A stretch of DNA of 64,000 nucleotides from Sulfolobales archaeon HS-7 (GCA_019704295.1 AP024596.1:1568001-1632000); one strand, 5' to 3'. Counted from the first letter of the stretch, positions 41,551 through 52,275 are shown. Notes: generated by a model from the letters alone, not told the origin. Numbers and translations: made by a program.

Positions 41551-42462
41551 TTAATAAGGTTTTACGTTTCTGAGTACGTCGTCCGTGGCCTTCGTTATAT
41601 CCTCGCTCGAACTGTAGTTCACTTTCACGCCTGCTTCTAGCATCTTCCTTATGTCGAGGAGCATCTCCCTAACGTCCCCTTTCCACCCCCTGCCCTCTCC
41701 CGCATCCCTGAACTTATGTTGAGGGTTTAGCCCCATTTCCCCCTCTACAATTGAGGCTATCTCCTTAACCGTTACCCAATCGGAATTGCCCAAATTGTAA
41801 ACCTCGCATTTCCCAGTTACTTTAGCTAAGTGGATCATGGCGTCAATGACGTCCGAAATGTAGATGTAGCTTTTCCTCTGTTCCCCATTTCCCAGTATCT
41901 CCAAGGTGGTGGGATCCCTCATGAGCTTCTTGATGAAGTCGGGTACGATTCCGTGGGTTTGCCTGCTTCCCCCAACAACGTTAGCCAACCTGAGAATTAC
42001 GGTCCTTATCCCGTAAACCCTACTGTAGAATTGGAAGATCTCCTCCGCCATGAGCTTGTAAACTCCGTAGTAGGAGATAGGAGAGGTGCTTGATTCCTCT
42101 GGTGTAGGGATTACCCTTGTCTCCCCGTAAACTGTTGAGGAGGAGGTGAAGATCACCTCCTCGCAGTCGCTTTTCCTGCAGATCTCCGCGACGTTAAGTG
42201 AGGCTCTTACGTCCTGATCGAAGTGCTCCCCAACGCTCTCCATTGAAGTCCTTACGTCCGGATTAGCCGCCAGGTGGTATAGAGTACACCCCTTTTCTAA
42301 CTTGATATCGCTCGTAAGCCTTAAGTCCTCCACAAGGTAAGTTGCCCCTTCTACCTTGAAATTTCCCGACGAGAAGTTATCCACGACAAGGGGTTTCTCC
42401 TTTATCAGCCTCTCGGTAAGGTAGGAACCTATGTAGCCTGCTCCCCCAGTTATAACTACCAT
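41551..42462 (-). CDS. NAD-dependent NDP-sugar epimerase (UDP-glucose 4-epimerase-like)
   Basis: TGGAGYIG, TSSSTVYG, YGVYK, GWKGDV. Confidence 0.92.
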   Translation of the reverse strand: MVVITGGAGYIGSYLTERLIKEKPLVVDNFSSGNFKVEGATYLVEDLRLTSDIKLEKGCTLYHLAANPDVRTSMESVGEHFDQDVRASLNVAEICRKSDCEEVIFTSSSTVYGETRVIPTPEESSTSPISYYGVYKLMAEEIFQFYSRVYGIRTVILRLANVVGGSRQTHGIVPDFIKKLMRDPTTLEILGNGEQRKSYIYISDVIDAMIHLAKVTGKCEVYNLGNSDWVTVKEIASIVEGEMGLNPQHKFRDAGEGRGWKGDVREMLLDIRKMLEAGVKVNYSSSEDITKATDDVLRNVKPY

Positions 42463-43541
42463 GAGATCTGAGATGCCGTGAAGTATTAATGTCTTGTGAA
42501 ATTAACCCTCGCTACTTCTATACGTCTTTAGGTATTTCTTATTTCGTTCAACTTCAGTTGTTAAAGAAGTGTTTTGCGTTAATTTCTATAACAGTAACAG
42601 CAGTAGATACTCTCTCTTTTTTAATCACGGGAGTGGACAATTCATGTTACGAAAGTCTTAATGGGGGTAGTTGTTTCTCAGGGAGCCACCTGATTACTTA
42701 ACTAGTCAAATAATGGGATTTCGATAGGGTATGATCCTACTACACCAACTGTTCTTCGCGGAGAAACTAACTGATTAAAAGGTCAAATTGAGGAACTGTG
42801 ATAGAAGAGAATAGGGTGTGTCGTTTTTCACTTGGTTGATACTCCTACCCCTGAAGATTGCGAGGATTTCCGAAGCGAGAGTGCATTTTTTAACCCTTTA
42901 AGTAGCGATAAGATGCTTAAAATTACGGGAAAGAGCGGGACCAACGTTCATATACCCTTTTTGTCAAGTCCGTGCACTTATAGGGACTACCCAATTAACG
43001 AAAAGTTAAGGTTGATGTAAATCCCGTAGGTCTACGTAACTGCTACGAACACAGCAGGAGGTTTTCAGAGTCCCTTTCCTCGTCATTTTATGGGAGTATC
43101 GACTTGACGTAAGAATCAAGAGGCTGTTAAGCGTTTACGGTCATAGGCTAAGAGGTGGTGGCGGTTACGCAAGCATTTATTCCAGATTTATTATTCAGAC
43201 TCTCGCCGAATATGACGCCATAGGGAGGGGGGATCAAACGAGGTCATTTCTATACGTAGACGATCAGATTAAGGCGACAATTCTGATAATAGTAAGAGGA
43301 ATTTCAAAATGTGAGATATTTATTATAGGATGCGATAGGGAGATAATAATCGTTTAACTACTCTATTTAATTAGGAATATCACATCCTAAAAATCGAAAA
43401 TAGTTAACTTGAATGGTAAATCAGACAATTGGTTAAATGTAGCTAATATCTCAGAGGCACGGAACTTTTGGAATGGGAGCCCAAGATATGACCAGCGGAA
43501 GGACTTAGGTCCGCAATAAACCGATTTAAGGGCGTTTAGAA

Positions 43542-43893
43542 GTTAAAGTCAACGTAGTGAAGTTAGGTTACGTGGGGCGCATCACATTACTTGCCTCAAG
43601 GGGATGCCGTAATGGGTATTGATGTAGATCGAAACAAAGTAGAGGATCTTGAGAATGTAAAATTACCACATACATGAACCTGGATTAGAAAATTTTCTCA
43701 GCCTAGCAAGATAGAAGATTGAGCTCTCAGCGATAAAAAGTGCTCTTGAGTTTAAATTAGTCTTCATAACAGTTAAGATGGAGGGAGACGACTTCAGAGG
43801 TATTGAAACCTACTCAAGTCGAAGAAAGTAGTGGATATGCGAAGAGTGCTTAACCCTAGGTACTTCAGCTTACTGATGCAATAGGCAATTTAA
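43542..43893 (+). pseudogene. UDP-glucose/GDP-mannose dehydrogenase remnant with large internal deletion
   Basis: Fragments VKVNVVKLGYVG, VMGIDVDRNKV, HEPGLENFL, then C-terminal-like KKVVDMRRVLNP. Confidence 0.7.
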
Positions 43894-44017
43894 TTAAGAG
43901 GGGAACGAAATTTCACGCTAAGAGAATTCAACAAGCCTTTGATTTAGGTAATATTAATGGATATCTCAACTACCTTAACACCTTACGGGAAAACCGATTC
44001 GATTGTCATGAACTTGT

Positions 44018-45172
44018 TTAGGAGGCAAGTCCGATCACTCCCATCAGGAAAACGAAGACAAGCGTAATGAAATACACAATACTTCTCGCTGATGAGTAAG
44101 CGTTACTCCCCATTATCTTACGATTGGAAACTACTATACCAAGGATGAGAAGTGGAAGGGTTATCACAATAGGTGAAACCGAAAGTATAGAAACCGCAAA
44201 ATTCATTAAACCTAAGAAGTTTCCGTAGATGGCCACGATTACTAGAGCAGGAAAAGATTCAAGGACGTAGAGTATTAATGCGTTTTCTCTCTTTCTATTA
44301 CTGCCAAAGATCTCCAGAACGCCCCATGAGCTGGCCAAGGACACCACAACAAGTGCTAGAAATCCCGCTACAACTAGGAGAAAACCTAAGATGAAGTTGC
44401 GAGGAAGAAAATCGGGGGATAAGACGGCTGTTGGGAATCCCCTTGCCCCGAGAATTTCCGCAAATACTATTATCCCTTCGGTAGCCACTGATCCCAATAT
44501 GGTTTCTCTACTTAACCATGATAGCTTCTCACTAGTGTTTCCCCTTATCGTACCGTATTTAACCGCAGTAGAGTAGCTCTGATAAACCGGCATACACGGC
44601 GGAGTTACCACTGCGCCTACATTGACCGCCATGAACAGTAAAAATTTCTCTGTAGGAGAAAAATAAAATATAGAGGTAACAGGATGGAAGGGAAAAACGA
44701 AGATCAATGAAGTCGTCAGAAGGACGCCAGAAATTCCAATTAGAATCCTCTCCGCATCCGACAGTTTACCTGAAGTGAATACTAGCAGGTGAAATATAAA
44801 TGCCAAAATTATTCCCGTTATGGGGTTCAATCCCATCAGCATGAAACCGATTCCTATTCCCGCATATTCGCAGAGGTAGGTGAACAGGTCTACCGAGAAA
44901 ATGGGAATTATTGACGTCAGTGCGAGTTTGGCGGAATACCTCTCCCTTATTATTCCCCCGATCCCAGAGCCCGTCACGGCTCCTACTCTGCCTGACGCCT
45001 CTTGAATTACGTATAGAGGTATTGAGAGGACCATTATGAACCAAACTAGCCTTAGACCGTATTCGAGTCCGGTAATATATCCTCCTATGAAACTGGCGGC
45101 GTCTGCATTAGAGAGAAGTGCCACCCATGCTGGTCCAAACAGGTTCATCTTTTCCCTTATAGACATTGTCAA
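44018..45172 (-). CDS. NRAMP-family divalent metal transporter
   Basis: FGPAWVALLSNADAAS, QEASGRVGAVTG, NVGAVVTP; about 11 TMs. Confidence 0.85.
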   Translation of the reverse strand: MTMSIREKMNLFGPAWVALLSNADAASFIGGYITGLEYGLRLVWFIMVLSIPLYVIQEASGRVGAVTGSGIGGIIRERYSAKLALTSIIPIFSVDLFTYLCEYAGIGIGFMLMGLNPITGIILAFIFHLLVFTSGKLSDAERILIGISGVLLTTSLIFVFPFHPVTSIFYFSPTEKFLLFMAVNVGAVVTPPCMPVYQSYSTAVKYGTIRGNTSEKLSWLSRETILGSVATEGIIVFAEILGARGFPTAVLSPDFLPRNFILGFLLVVAGFLALVVVSLASSWGVLEIFGSNRKRENALILYVLESFPALVIVAIYGNFLGLMNFAVSILSVSPIVITLPLLILGIVVSNRKIMGSNAYSSARSIVYFITLVFVFLMGVIGLAS

Positions 45173-45175
45173 CCA

Positions 45176-45505
45176 CTATGGGAGGTCCAAGCAGATCTGA
45201 TTATCTCTAATCGTTGGTTTGTAAACTTCCAAATTTCCCGTCTCCCTCCACTTACCGTAAGCCTCGCCGTATGGTATTTTCAGCGGTACACCCGTGTTCA
45301 GATCGTACACGTAACCGTGCATATAGCAGGTGATCGTCTCGTTTTCGACTTTTCCCTTTGACATATCGGCTCCTTTATGCGGACAGCAGGGAGAGATCAC
45401 CCATATCCTACTATCTGACTTATATATTACGAAAAAAGTATTGCCTATTAGCTCTTTCTGTAACACGTTGTTTTTTACCTCATCTTTGGGTATACATCGT
45501 ATCAA
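45176..45505 (-). CDS. Rieske-type [2Fe-2S] ferredoxin
   Basis: CPH...CYMH; TTG at 45505 just after dpsl stop preferred. Confidence 0.85.
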   Translation of the reverse strand: MIRCIPKDEVKNNVLQKELIGNTFFVIYKSDSRIWVISPCCPHKGADMSKGKVENETITCYMHGYVYDLNTGVPLKIPYGEAYGKWRETGNLEVYKPTIRDNQICLDLP

Positions 45506-45509
45506 CGGG

Positions 45510-46091
45510 TTACTTACTTCCTTTTTTCGATAGCGGTCCCTCACCAGGATAAGATCTCCTGAAATGTCCTGATGGTCTGCCATATAGAAGTTCCAAGAAC
45601 CACGCCTCGTGCTCTATTTCCTCCTGTAAAATCCTCTGAGCTAAATCGTAAGTTCGTGGATCTTTTCCTAACGTCATCTCGCATACCTCATTCCACGTTC
45701 TTATTGCACACTGTTCCGCCTCTAGAAGGACTTTGAGTATTGTTTTGGGATCCTTCCAGTTCTCGGGAAGATAGGGATCCGCACACGCTGATACATCTGC
45801 AACTTGCCTCATATCCCTGGGTAGCTCTCCTCCTAGTTCGTAGACTCTCTGTGACATTAATTCAAAGTGTAATCTGTCCTCAAGACGGGCATCTTCAGCG
45901 ATCTCCTTTAATCCCTCTCCTTCCAGCCCAGTTAGGTGCATTCTCAGTATAGTATAGTAGTAGTAAGTGGTAAACTCGGCTGCAGTAGCCTTTACCAGCT
46001 TATCTATTAACTTATTCACATCAAGTCCAGACTTCCTGACTTCCTCTACTCCAACTACTTCTAATTCATCTCTTCTCTTATTCTCCGACAT
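45510..46091 (-). CDS. dpsl: DPS-like ferritin-superfamily antioxidant protein
   Basis: [47 protein letters not shown]. Confidence 0.95.
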   Translation of the reverse strand: MSENKRRDELEVVGVEEVRKSGLDVNKLIDKLVKATAAEFTTYYYYTILRMHLTGLEGEGLKEIAEDARLEDRLHFELMSQRVYELGGELPRDMRQVADVSACADPYLPENWKDPKTILKVLLEAEQCAIRTWNEVCEMTLGKDPRTYDLAQRILQEEIEHEAWFLELLYGRPSGHFRRSYPGEGPLSKKGSK

Positions 46092-46141
46092 ATTTTACCT
46101 GTTATATCATAGTTTATATCTATTAATAAGTCTTTCTATTT

Positions 46142-46160
46142 AATAGTTAGTCTAAACTAA
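46142..46160. promoter_or_regulatory. Candidate DtxR/IdeR-family operator upstream of dpsl
   Basis: Core palindrome TTAG-T-CTAA; reverse complement TTAGTTTAGACTAAC. Confidence 0.4.
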
Positions 46161-46234
46161 GACGTATTAATTACGTAACGATTCCACAAGATGTTCACTA
46201 AAAATTTAAATAGTGGGAAAATGAATAAAAAATA

Positions 46235-49200
46235 ATGAAGGAAATCATAGGAATGTTAGGGATAGTATTCTTAATTATAGTGATGGTAGAGGTGCTCTCA
46301 ATTTACAGTTCCACATCATCGCAGATCCAAGCGTCGTATATCCAGTCAATATTGACGATGGCGCAAAACTATCCAGAACTAACGTCTACATGGGGAAACG
46401 GAACTCTTGCCTACTATGAGGACTCCGGTGATCAACCCGTCTGTATAGTAGGGGTTGTGTACTTTCCGACGCCGTATGCTCAACCTTTCGTGCTGGATTT
46501 CAACTATACGGATTCCAGCATTCCAGCGTTCGCCTCTCCAAGCCTGATCCCTTCAAAGTGTTACGCTACGTTCCTTAACGTTTACTCAGTGCCTCAGGGA
46601 AGCGGATTCAAACTATTAACGAATGGGGTAGTTGAGAAAGGCAAAGTACTTCTCTCTCCAGGAGATATAATAGCCGTTCCCTACGAATCCGGATCGGTGG
46701 CCTTCATATCCTCCACTGGGTTATCGTTTTATTACCCCAATTTGCCTAGAGAAGTAACTATAAATGGAGATCAGATTGAAAAGAGCAACAGTCTTGTTTT
46801 AAGTAAATTAAATACAACTCTTAACAGTGTAATAAAAGAGGCTGAGAATTCGTTTTACTCAAAGGATTTCAGCTATCTCGAAGTTAAGGTATACAGCGTT
46901 AATAATCAAGGAACGAAAAGCCCTAGTGTAATAGTATATCTAGGTAATGGAGCTCATTACGTTGTTAAAACAGATGAGAAGATACTAGTGGATCAATGTA
47001 CCTTGGTTACCCTTGTAGCGAACACCTCGCCCTGCTATTCGTTTTCTAGATGGGGGGGAATTCCCTCAAAAACACTTAATAATCATGGACTGATAGAAAC
47101 GTTCATGTTTAAGGGTCAGCAAACGGTATGTGCGTATTTCAACCAGTTTTCTCCGAAGACTTTCCTAAACGGAAACTTTTATTCAAACGTAAGCGTAGTC
47201 TTCGAATGGCCGGGCACAGGAGCTCCCATAGGAGGATACGCCACGATATCAAACGGAGGAAAGAGCTTAAACATATCGAATAACGCGACTTTCTGTGCGA
47301 GCTTAGATACCAAGTTAACGCTAACTCCTAACTCGTTCTGCCTTGGACTCGAATCGAGCGGTGGATATGGAAGTTTACGATTCACCCCTGGGGTTACAAA
47401 TAAATTGACTCACGTTGATTACCATCAAGTACATTGTTATGAAAGTAAAACTTCGAAAAAAACCATCAAGTACGACATAGAGAAGGAGGTGGTCTGCTAC
47501 GTCCTTTATGATTCGGCCTTACAAAGCGTACATGCGGGTCTTATAGGACAGAAGAGTTCTAAGAATTGCATTGAATATTGCTTTGTTAACGAAGTTTGCT
47601 TTTACTTCCCATATGTGTACTATAGTATACAGTTTAGAGATATAGCGACTGGTCAAATTGTTAATGCGTCAGGGTTCGATAATACCAGTTTAGTCTATGG
47701 AGCTTACGCTCACGGTCCGTATAGTGGCGTACCGAGGAACAATTGCTACTGGGGACAGGCATCGGTCTTTCAGAATCAAACCTCCCTGATATTCTTTGAC
47801 TCCCTACCAGGAAAACAAAATGAATCTACATTAAATGAATTTAACTCTACTATTACAGCCATTCCGGGAGCGTACTTCAGGAACAACACGGAATTTTCGT
47901 GGATGAACCCCGTTTTTGGAACTACGGGTACATATCCGTTTAAAAACGACACGTGCATATCTACGGCGGAGGTCATTCAGTGCGGAGTAACGCTCTTCTT
48001 CAGGCCCATTGAATTAGTGAAAATAAAGGCTAACGGTGAAGGCTACGTAACGTCGAGTTTCGTAAATGCCCTATCGGGAAAGAATCAGACCCTTGGAATT
48101 AATCCTTATCAATGTGCAATAGCATTAGTTCCATACGGTTACACCCTTAATGTCAGTTCTGACTCCTGGAATTCCCACATTACGTTTAGTTCCGTCACAG
48201 TATCTAACGACTCTCCTCCGACGGAAAGCGTCGTTTACCCAGTTTTCAAGAAATTCAATCCCAGCGACGTAGCCAGTCCCTACTGTTGGAATGGGACAGT
48301 TCCAAGCAGGATCAAAAATGTTATGAATATCAAAGAGGATTCCTTCATAAGCATACCTATCCTGGACTGGGCTACGGTAAGCGTTCAATACAATGGAGAG
48401 GAGACAGCTAAGATAGTACTTGCAACAAATACGGGGGGATTGTTAACTTATACCAACGGAACTCAAGCGGGAATAGTTGTAACTTCGGGAGTTTACGAAC
48501 TTCCCGTTAACTCCATGCTCTACTTCAGTGGAGCACCTTATTTAGGGAACACGTTTTCAAATTGGTCTGGGAACATAACGGAGGTAAGTCGAACCCCATT
48601 CGAGTTATTTAATTCTACGGGAATGGTTCAGAGTTTGCCCAACGGACCCGCGGCATTTTACGTTCCCTCCTTTACGGTAGTGTTAAATTCCAGCATGGGA
48701 ATAACCGCAAACTTCGTCAAAATACCTCCAGCCCTGTTGAATTATTCGGTCAAATTAACGTTTAACCTGCCCGGAAACTACAACGTTACGGGCGAGAACT
48801 CGATCGGCGGAATATCTTATCCCATAGACATTGCTCATTCCCTCAGTGATAGTGATTCAAAAAGTCAAACGTGTTCTTACGTTGACCTCACTGCAGGGAG
48901 TATGGGTTCCGTATTGGTTACGGGGTTCTTTGACGCAGGTAGTAACTACAACACCGGATTCAATGTAGGCCTAAAATCAAATGATAAGAGCTTTTACAGT
49001 TGCACAGTAAGCTTCACCAATTCCCCTAGTAATAATTACGCGATAGGGAACATAAGTTATACTTATATTACTGGATACTATATTGGCGTAATTTACGTAA
49101 CCAGAGGTACAATGGTTAGACCCGCAATAGTTCCAATGTTCTATGGAACGGATTACTCGTCAGTTTTTGACGTCCATAATACGGCATCTGCAGGAGATTG

Positions 49201-50137
49201 GGTACTCTTCTTCATAGGGTTATTAGTGCAGATAGTGCTAACGGTCTTATCGGATGGAGCTACGGATGAGGGGAGTTTTAATATAGGTGGAGTTTTGAGC
49301 ACGTTTTTCCTAGGGGCAGACATTACCGATTTAGGCAGCACGACGGAGGATCTGGCTTTCGATGTTATGAATAGCTTATCAAAAGTATTAGGTTTAATTA
49401 GTAAAGCCGTTTTCTACGCATCGCAAATACTGGAGATTATAGGAGAGGCAACGAATAACGTCCAACTCGTTAATGAAGGAACCTATCTGGGTATAGTTTC
49501 AGCCTTCGTAGGTGTTGCTTCATCCGCTCTTGACACGGGGGCAACCTCAAGGCAATTGAATGGAGTCGTCCAGGAAGTGGAAGATGAAACATCGGCCGAC
49601 GATCTGTCACCAGCCGTGAAATTCCTAAAGAACTATGCTGGAAAACCGCAAAAGATAGTGAGCTTAATCTCCGACTCTGCCTCCACCATTGGCACAGTCG
49701 CCTGTTGTGTGTATACCTTTAAGTCGATCGCCAGTTCTAATTCCACTGGCGCAAATTTCGAAACCGGTGTTGGGGGAACCATAACCCAGTTCTCTACGAT
49801 TACTTATAATAGCATGACGACCCTTACAGAACTGCATTTCTCCTCATATATACCGCCTGTCATATCTGTAGTAACAGGGCCACTCAACTACGTGCCGGCT
49901 TATCAGAAAATAGGCGGAGAAGCTCCAAATGGGAACTTCTGTTTAGGCTTAGCCCTCCTACAGGGATTCTCAATGAATTTCGCCGAACTGTATTACTTCG
50001 CAAATGGATATAATGAAGAAGACTCTGTAAGTTTCGTAACAAATAGCTATATGATCAGTCCAATTATAGCTTACTCAAATACACCCCAAGGGATATACGA
50101 AATAAATGGACAGTGTCTAACGATGAGTATACAGTAA
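46235..50137 (+). CDS. 1300-aa pilin-domain surface protein/adhesin with InlB-B-like repeats and C-terminal hydrophobic region
   Basis: MKEIIG plus TM, YEDSGDQPVCIVGV pilin-like motif, YSFSRWGG and NTFSNWSG repeats, Cys-rich, hydrophobic helices about residues 987-1105. Confidence 0.75.
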   Translation: MKEIIGMLGIVFLIIVMVEVLSIYSSTSSQIQASYIQSILTMAQNYPELTSTWGNGTLAYYEDSGDQPVCIVGVVYFPTPYAQPFVLDFNYTDSSIPAFASPSLIPSKCYATFLNVYSVPQGSGFKLLTNGVVEKGKVLLSPGDIIAVPYESGSVAFISSTGLSFYYPNLPREVTINGDQIEKSNSLVLSKLNTTLNSVIKEAENSFYSKDFSYLEVKVYSVNNQGTKSPSVIVYLGNGAHYVVKTDEKILVDQCTLVTLVANTSPCYSFSRWGGIPSKTLNNHGLIETFMFKGQQTVCAYFNQFSPKTFLNGNFYSNVSVVFEWPGTGAPIGGYATISNGGKSLNISNNATFCASLDTKLTLTPNSFCLGLESSGGYGSLRFTPGVTNKLTHVDYHQVHCYESKTSKKTIKYDIEKEVVCYVLYDSALQSVHAGLIGQKSSKNCIEYCFVNEVCFYFPYVYYSIQFRDIATGQIVNASGFDNTSLVYGAYAHGPYSGVPRNNCYWGQASVFQNQTSLIFFDSLPGKQNESTLNEFNSTITAIPGAYFRNNTEFSWMNPVFGTTGTYPFKNDTCISTAEVIQCGVTLFFRPIELVKIKANGEGYVTSSFVNALSGKNQTLGINPYQCAIALVPYGYTLNVSSDSWNSHITFSSVTVSNDSPPTESVVYPVFKKFNPSDVASPYCWNGTVPSRIKNVMNIKEDSFISIPILDWATVSVQYNGEETAKIVLATNTGGLLTYTNGTQAGIVVTSGVYELPVNSMLYFSGAPYLGNTFSNWSGNITEVSRTPFELFNSTGMVQSLPNGPAAFYVPSFTVVLNSSMGITANFVKIPPALLNYSVKLTFNLPGNYNVTGENSIGGISYPIDIAHSLSDSDSKSQTCSYVDLTAGSMGSVLVTGFFDAGSNYNTGFNVGLKSNDKSFYSCTVSFTNSPSNNYAIGNISYTYITGYYIGVIYVTRGTMVRPAIVPMFYGTDYSSVFDVHNTASAGDWVLFFIGLLVQIVLTVLSDGATDEGSFNIGGVLSTFFLGADITDLGSTTEDLAFDVMNSLSKVLGLISKAVFYASQILEIIGEATNNVQLVNEGTYLGIVSAFVGVASSALDTGATSRQLNGVVQEVEDETSADDLSPAVKFLKNYAGKPQKIVSLISDSASTIGTVACCVYTFKSIASSNSTGANFETGVGGTITQFSTITYNSMTTLTELHFSSYIPPVISVVTGPLNYVPAYQKIGGEAPNGNFCLGLALLQGFSMNFAELYYFANGYNEEDSVSFVTNSYMISPIIAYSNTPQGIYEINGQCLTMSIQ

Positions 50138-50498
50138 GTCACTTCAGATTAATTCTAATCCCGTTTTTCATCCGTCTTAACGCCTCCTACCCTGGGGAGG
50201 TTCCTTCATGTATTCCCTCGTCATCCTCTCCTAGTCTTACAGTTATCCCTAGATACTGAAAATTGTCCAACATACATTGGTTTACGTTGTGGTGAAATAT
50301 TAGAGCGACGAACAATTAAGGACCAAATTACCATCGAGTTTTACTCTTACTAGGTTTAATAACCTCAGTGGAAATTGTTTTGATAATTATTATACAGTCG
50401 TAATGGACGATTATTTTATTCATTTTCTGTTCCTCTTAATCGAACCTATAAGAATGAGCTCTAATAGTAGGTTTAAAACTTCCCACCGCCTTATCAAG

Positions 50499-51476
50499 TT
50501 ACTGGACGATTTCCCTTAATTTATCCCTTATCCAGGCTGGGTCTTTTTTGTCCTCTATACCCTCCTTCGCTAAGCGTACTCCGAGCTTAAGACCTTTGAC
50601 TTTAGCCATCTGTTCGGCATCAGCCTTCATCTCCCATAATGCTGTCCTTATAGCAATATCTGCCATTGAGAAGTGTAGATTTACTTCATATTGCTTAGAT
50701 ACGTAATATGGGGACAGGGAAAATTCGGCAAACCTCTCCACAATTCCCTTAACTTCTTTAGGGCGACTTAGGGAATTTCCGTCATAATGATGGATCTTAC
50801 AGGTGTCATCTTTCAACTTAATGCAAGGATAACCTTCCTCATAAGCGTGAAGACAGAGGTAAGGTTCGTTTCCTATTCCCCTTAATGTAAATGGTATAAG
50901 CCTAAAGCCTCTATACACTTCCCTCTTTACGCTCATGTTCACCCCGATCGGATTGAAGGTGTATGAGAAATCTCCAGAAGAAAGCGGGTGAGGATTGTTT
51001 ACCAGTAATCCTCCCTTACTGAAGTAATTCCCGTATTTACGCATACCCGCATCAAGAGGTTGCTCCAATATTCGAGAGTACGCCATCTGAAGTATACCTG
51101 TTTTATTGGAATTTCCTTGACTTCCAGGAGAAATAACCCCTGCCTCAGGAATTTTAACATGAGCCCTTACGTGATCCTGAACCCAAGTCCTACTAGGTAC
51201 AGCATCCCCGTCTGTAGTTATGAGTAAATCAGCATTACTCCTTGAGTAGAGTAAGTTTAACGCTTCGTCAAAGTAACCTTCCTTCTGGACTATCCTTTGC
51301 AGTTGAAGAGAGTCCTCAAACTTACCCAATAGTTCCTTGATACCATCATTTGGAACTTCCTTATGAACGAGTATTACGTTAAAATTTTTAAATGTCTGCC
51401 TACTTAATGAGGTCAGAAGTTCCATTAATATCGAAACGCTATTCTTGTATAAGGGAATACCTACGGTTACCTCCAT
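50499..51476 (-). CDS. GT2 glycosyltransferase
   Basis: VGIPLY, LSRQTF, TTDGDA, GVNMS. Confidence 0.88.
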   Translation of the reverse strand: MEVTVGIPLYKNSVSILMELLTSLSRQTFKNFNVILVHKEVPNDGIKELLGKFEDSLQLQRIVQKEGYFDEALNLLYSRSNADLLITTDGDAVPSRTWVQDHVRAHVKIPEAGVISPGSQGNSNKTGILQMAYSRILEQPLDAGMRKYGNYFSKGGLLVNNPHPLSSGDFSYTFNPIGVNMSVKREVYRGFRLIPFTLRGIGNEPYLCLHAYEEGYPCIKLKDDTCKIHHYDGNSLSRPKEVKGIVERFAEFSLSPYYVSKQYEVNLHFSMADIAIRTALWEMKADAEQMAKVKGLKLGVRLAKEGIEDKKDPAWIRDKLREIVQ

Positions 51477-51810
51477 TCAATTGAGATCGTATTGGCCTTA
51501 TTAAATACGTATAATGATTTACCTTAGACCTTCTATATTGTCGAATGATAGTTTTATACTTCTCCGCACTTTAAAGGGCCGGCACAAAAGCTCTCAACGT
51601 CATTCCTTGAATACGGTTAATGCCAAAGGAGGTAGAGGAAGATACGTTGATCTTTGGAGTCTAGAGGAAGTATACTATATAGATATTACGAGAATCGTCC
51701 GGGAACTTTTGATACATTTTAGGGTTTACAACAGAGTTTGATGCAAATCACACCGGACAGCCAGGTATCGTTTGATCAATCTTTTAATATTTAAACAGGA
51801 AGGTGTATCT

Positions 51811-52275
51811 ATGGAATTTCCTAAATTCGATTGCAAGATAACTAACGCAAAGGAGGGGTACGATTCCGAAATAGAGATGTACTTAAGTACGGAAAGAATA
51901 TTAGCAGGAGTTTTGGGTCTGCTAAGTCGAAGGAGCCCTAGATATAAGGATGATTATGCTAAGATGGTGAAGTTCTTGGACGATATAGAGGATTTCCTAA
52001 TTCTAGGCAAAGAATTACCGGATTCCACTTTCCTCAAGGAAATAAACCAAGGAGACGATTAGGAGTGGAGCTTTACCCCTATTCTAAATAACGATGAAGC
52101 TCTTCTCTTATCTATCGCGGGAGGAGTGGCTAATCAATTGTTGTTCTGGTTCATAAGGGTTGGCAATAATGATAAGTTTAAAGACAGGTTCACGCCAGAT
52201 ATATTTATGAGAATTCAAACGTTGCATAGTGTAATACTTAACAGAATGACGGTTATTTCTAGAAATACTAAATAA
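51811..52275 (+). pseudogene. Hypothetical gene interrupted by one in-frame TAG
   Basis: ATG 51811 after TATA-like run; TAG at 52060-52062 followed by 70 open codons to TAA 52273-52275. Confidence 0.5.

Noticed and set aside
46221-46235. Upstream MNKK mini-ORF as frameshifted prepilin leader of the giant protein
   Set aside because: Adding one A gives MNKKI, with no G/A/S at -1, and the TATA box at 46205-46212 fits a start at 46235
30738-52062. Genome-wide amber recoding
   Set aside because: Many full-length genes end normally at TAG (e.g. 2232, 3212, 17252, 28610, 37279); two cases are not enough
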